This document shows, in pieces, positions 37,504 to 39,768 of a stretch of DNA of 39,768 nt. Source of the DNA: a virus; IMG/VR virus record IMGVR_UViG_3300031760_006869, positions 1 through 39,768 of that record; one strand, written 5' to 3'. Numbering within the stretch: position 1 is the first letter of the stretch; every line of letters starts with the position of its first letter. The translations under genes were made by a program, and so were the position numbers. The notes beneath the pieces are model-generated. The model saw only the letters and a program-made list of their open reading frames with translations, was not told the origin of the DNA and ran no database searches.

Positions 37504-38397
37504 ATGAGTATTTGTGATAAGATTAATACTGCAGGGGAGACATTAGAAGCTAATCTCACTGCAAGAGGTATAAGTTGTGATTTCGGTAAGAATAGTGATG
37601 GTAAGGATACAATCCAGGATATGGCAGAGATGATCACTGCATCTAATTTGCGAGGTATTGGTGATGCCATTATCCATATATCAGCGAGTAGACCGTATTT
37701 GTTATCTGGTGAGAAGACTGATTTGATTGTGACTTTGCATAATGGTGTAGGTGCTCCGTTAGCAAACAAGAGTGTAACTGTGTCAGATGGTACTTCGTTA
37801 TACAGCGGTTTAACAAACTTGAATGGTACTTTTACCTTATATGATGTTACTGTTTCATCTAACACCACTTTCACTGCAAGTTATGGGTCTGTGAGTAATA
37901 CTTGTACTGTTGAGTATTGTACCTTTGTTGATTATGCAGTTAAAGACAATCATAACCATAATTATTTCAATCAAGCAGGTACAAGCAAGGTAACAATTAC
38001 CGAAGCCGATGGGTATAAGGAGTTCAAGACAATCAGTACAACAGCAGGGAATGTATATATTGGCTCATCAACTTCTTATACTGGCTTTGATGTAGGGGAT
38101 ACTTGGACTATCATATATGATAAACTGTACATTAATGGGTATAATGTTGCTTTCCAATGCTATAATAGCTCTACAACAGTAAGTATCAACTCTACAACAT
38201 TGCTTTCACATAATAGTGATTTTCAGGAATTGAAATTCGTATGCGATGGCTCATCAATCAAAGCATATGTCGATGGTGTATACAAGACACAAACCAGTTA
38301 CACTTCAACTGGACACGGATATTTGAGAATCAATCTTAACAATAACAATGGAGCATCACAAGTAACATTCCGAGCAAAAAATATCCGAATTTTATAG
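37504..38397 (+). CDS. Phase-variable receptor-binding / adhesin protein: constant N-terminus (37504-37803) plus expressed cassette A
   Basis: Internal recombination site at codons 97-105 (SLYSGLTN). C-terminal ConA/lectin-like pattern (ELKFVCDGSSIKAYVDG). Confidence 0.8.
   Translation: MSICDKINTAGETLEANLTARGISCDFGKNSDGKDTIQDMAEMITASNLRGIGDAIIHISASRPYLLSGEKTDLIVTLHNGVGAPLANKSVTVSDGTSLYSGLTNLNGTFTLYDVTVSSNTTFTASYGSVSNTCTVEYCTFVDYAVKDNHNHNYFNQAGTSKVTITEADGYKEFKTISTTAGNVYIGSSTSYTGFDVGDTWTIIYDKLYINGYNVAFQCYNSSTTVSINSTTLLSHNSDFQELKFVCDGSSIKAYVDGVYKTQTSYTSTGHGYLRINLNNNNGASQVTFRAKNIRIL
37794..37817 (+). other. Putative inversion site 1 TTCGTTATA-CAGCGG-TTTAACAAA (inside the coding frame)
   Basis: Matches sites 2 and 3 and marks the start of homology among the cassettes. 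Confidence 0.85.
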
Positions 38398-38428
38398 GGT
38401 TTCGTTTTTCAGCGGTATAACGAATAAT
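38314..38428. repeat. 115-bp exact inverted copy of 39654-39768
   Basis: Reverse complement checked by eye: cacggat...tttcgtttttcagcggtataacgaataat. Confidence 0.95.
38401..38424 (+). other. Putative inversion site 2 TTCGTTTTT-CAGCGG-TATAACGAA
   Basis: Lies 3 nt after the cassette A stop and heads cassette B. Confidence 0.85.
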
Positions 38429-38998
38429 CAAGGGACATTCACCTTATATGATGTGGAAGTTACTGATACTATTACAATGTTTACTGCCACATATTCAAGT
38501 GTTAGTGCAAGTTGTAAGGTTGAGTATTGTTTATTTGTTGATTATGCAGTTACAAGTAAATATAACACTAATTATACTGTGGGTAATGCCGTAACAAAGA
38601 CAGTAGGAGACAATTACACCACATTATCATCTACCAATTCAAACTCCTCCACAGGTAGAACCGTTTCAACATCAAGTTTCAGTGGAGATTTAATATTGGA
38701 AATGGAAGCCAATATGGTAAATTATGCATCCAATTGGGCTTTCTATCTTGGTTTCAGAAACGGTTCCAACCATAGTATTGCACGATTGCTTGTTGATGAT
38801 TGGAGATACATCAAATTCACAAGAGAAGATGGTGTCTGCAAAGGATACATATCAACAGACAATAATACTTGGTCTGAAATGAGTATGTATTCTGATGATG
38901 TGGGGTCAAGTGATGTGCAATTGGAATTATACATTTACAATGCAACTGGAACTTCACATAGTGTACAATTCAAGAATGTGAGAATCAAAGCATTATAA
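38411..38998 (+). other. Silent C-terminal cassette B (195 codons, no own start)
   Basis: Open from the site core: SGITNNQGTFTLYDVEV...EYCLFVDYAV...VQFKNVRIKAL. Paralogous to cassette A. Confidence 0.85.
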
Positions 38999-38999
38999 T

Positions 39000-39092
39000 G
39001 TTTCAGTAGATTATGAAGTTTTTGTATTTGAAATCAATAGTGGTGGGGATAACATCAAGTACAGTAATTTCAGAATGTACAGTATTGATTAA
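39000..39092 (+). pseudogene. Remnant 3' end of a fourth cassette (D)
   Basis: VSVDYEVFVFEINSGGDNIKYSNFRMYSID* resembles the cassette C-termini. No site or 5' part. Confidence 0.55.
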
Positions 39093-39113
39093 CCCTCTCT
39101 GATTCTGAAATTC

Positions 39114-39671
39114 TTAATAAATCGCAAAATTTTTATATGAAAATTCTACAGTTGCATTTTGTCGGAAACCAATCGCATAAATCTCATTCATAGTCCTATC
39201 ATATTCAGCATCTATTACTCCATTTAAGTATCTTCTAACTTTTGTACCAGTTATTTCAACACGATAACTTCCAATGTTAGAACAAGTCCAAGTGAAATAA
39301 GTATTATCTCCCCTAATCTCAAAATTCGGGGTTCCAGTTGTTATTTCTGTGATTTCAAATTCCACATTGAAAGGAGCAGTATAAAGTTTTGTAGAAGACC
39401 AACTACCACTTCCCCCACTAAAATATGCTTGAGCACCACTTGGGGAGGTTATTTTCAAGTTAGTGGCATTGTCTGTCCTTGTTCTTGTGAATGAAGAGTT
39501 TTGATTATACCAAGTATCATTATGTTTTGTACTTGTTCCATAATCTACGAATTGACATAAGTATACATTTGTTGTTGCAGTTTCTGTTCCATATGTAGCA
39601 GTGAATGTGGTATCACTTGAAACTTCAACATCATATAATGTGAAAATTCCTAAATTATTCGTTATACCGCT
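39114..39671 (-). other. Silent C-terminal cassette C, inverted (185 codons)
   Basis: Open from the site core: SGITNNLGIFTLYDVEV...YLCQFVDYG...FSYKNFAIY. Confidence 0.85.
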
Positions 39672-39768
39672 GAAAAACGAAACCCTATAAAATTCGGATA
39701 TTTTTTGCTCGGAATGTTACTTGTGATGCTCCATTGTTATTGTTAAGATTGATTCTCAAATATCCGTG

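Noticed and set aside
38453-38998. Independent gene starting at GTG 38453 (ORF track)
   Set aside because: No RBS, and the frame stays open back to the recombination core, so it is a silent cassette.
39114-39458. Independent minus-strand gene starting at TTG 39458
   Set aside because: In-frame homology to cassettes A and B continues 71 codons upstream to the site at 39672.
37504-39672. Diversity-generating retroelement
   Set aside because: No reverse transcriptase gene and no near-identical TR/VR pair with adenine-specific differences. The cassettes are highly divergent.

Overview
This window looks like an essentially complete ~39.5 kb circularly permuted genome of a temperate, long-tailed (siphovirus-like) archaeal virus. 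The host is probably a pseudomurein-walled methanogen (Methanobacteriales, Methanobrevibacter-like). That is inferred from two pseudomurein-endopeptidase-type proteins, methanogen-type Ig-like adhesin repeats and a TFB-like Zn ribbon. Modules in order: tail tip (Ig-like proteins, Dit, Tal with a transglutaminase-like domain), lysis, a ~1.7 kb non-coding region rich in RNA-like structure, a tyrosine recombinase, an AbrB-type switch region, early and middle genes (Sak4-like ATPase, SWIM, HNH, HAD, ASCH, many small Cys4 proteins), packaging, head, and tail. The main discovery is a shufflon-like multi-inversion locus in a tail adhesin/receptor-binding gene (37504-39672). A 100-aa constant N-terminus can be joined in frame to three alternative lectin-like C-terminal cassettes, and a fourth survives only as a remnant. 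Joining would occur through 24-bp sites with consensus TTCGTTATA-CAGCGG-TATAACGAA. The contig ends contain two different junctions at one of these sites, which is what an inversion between two of them would produce. Other notable items are several G:U-rich structured RNA candidates (one upstream of a sequestered 24-aa hydrophobic peptide ORF), a split Ig domain, a probable +1/-2 tail-chaperone frameshift, and an iteron-like origin candidate. All annotation is by eye from motifs and gene order; no database searches or folding programs were run.
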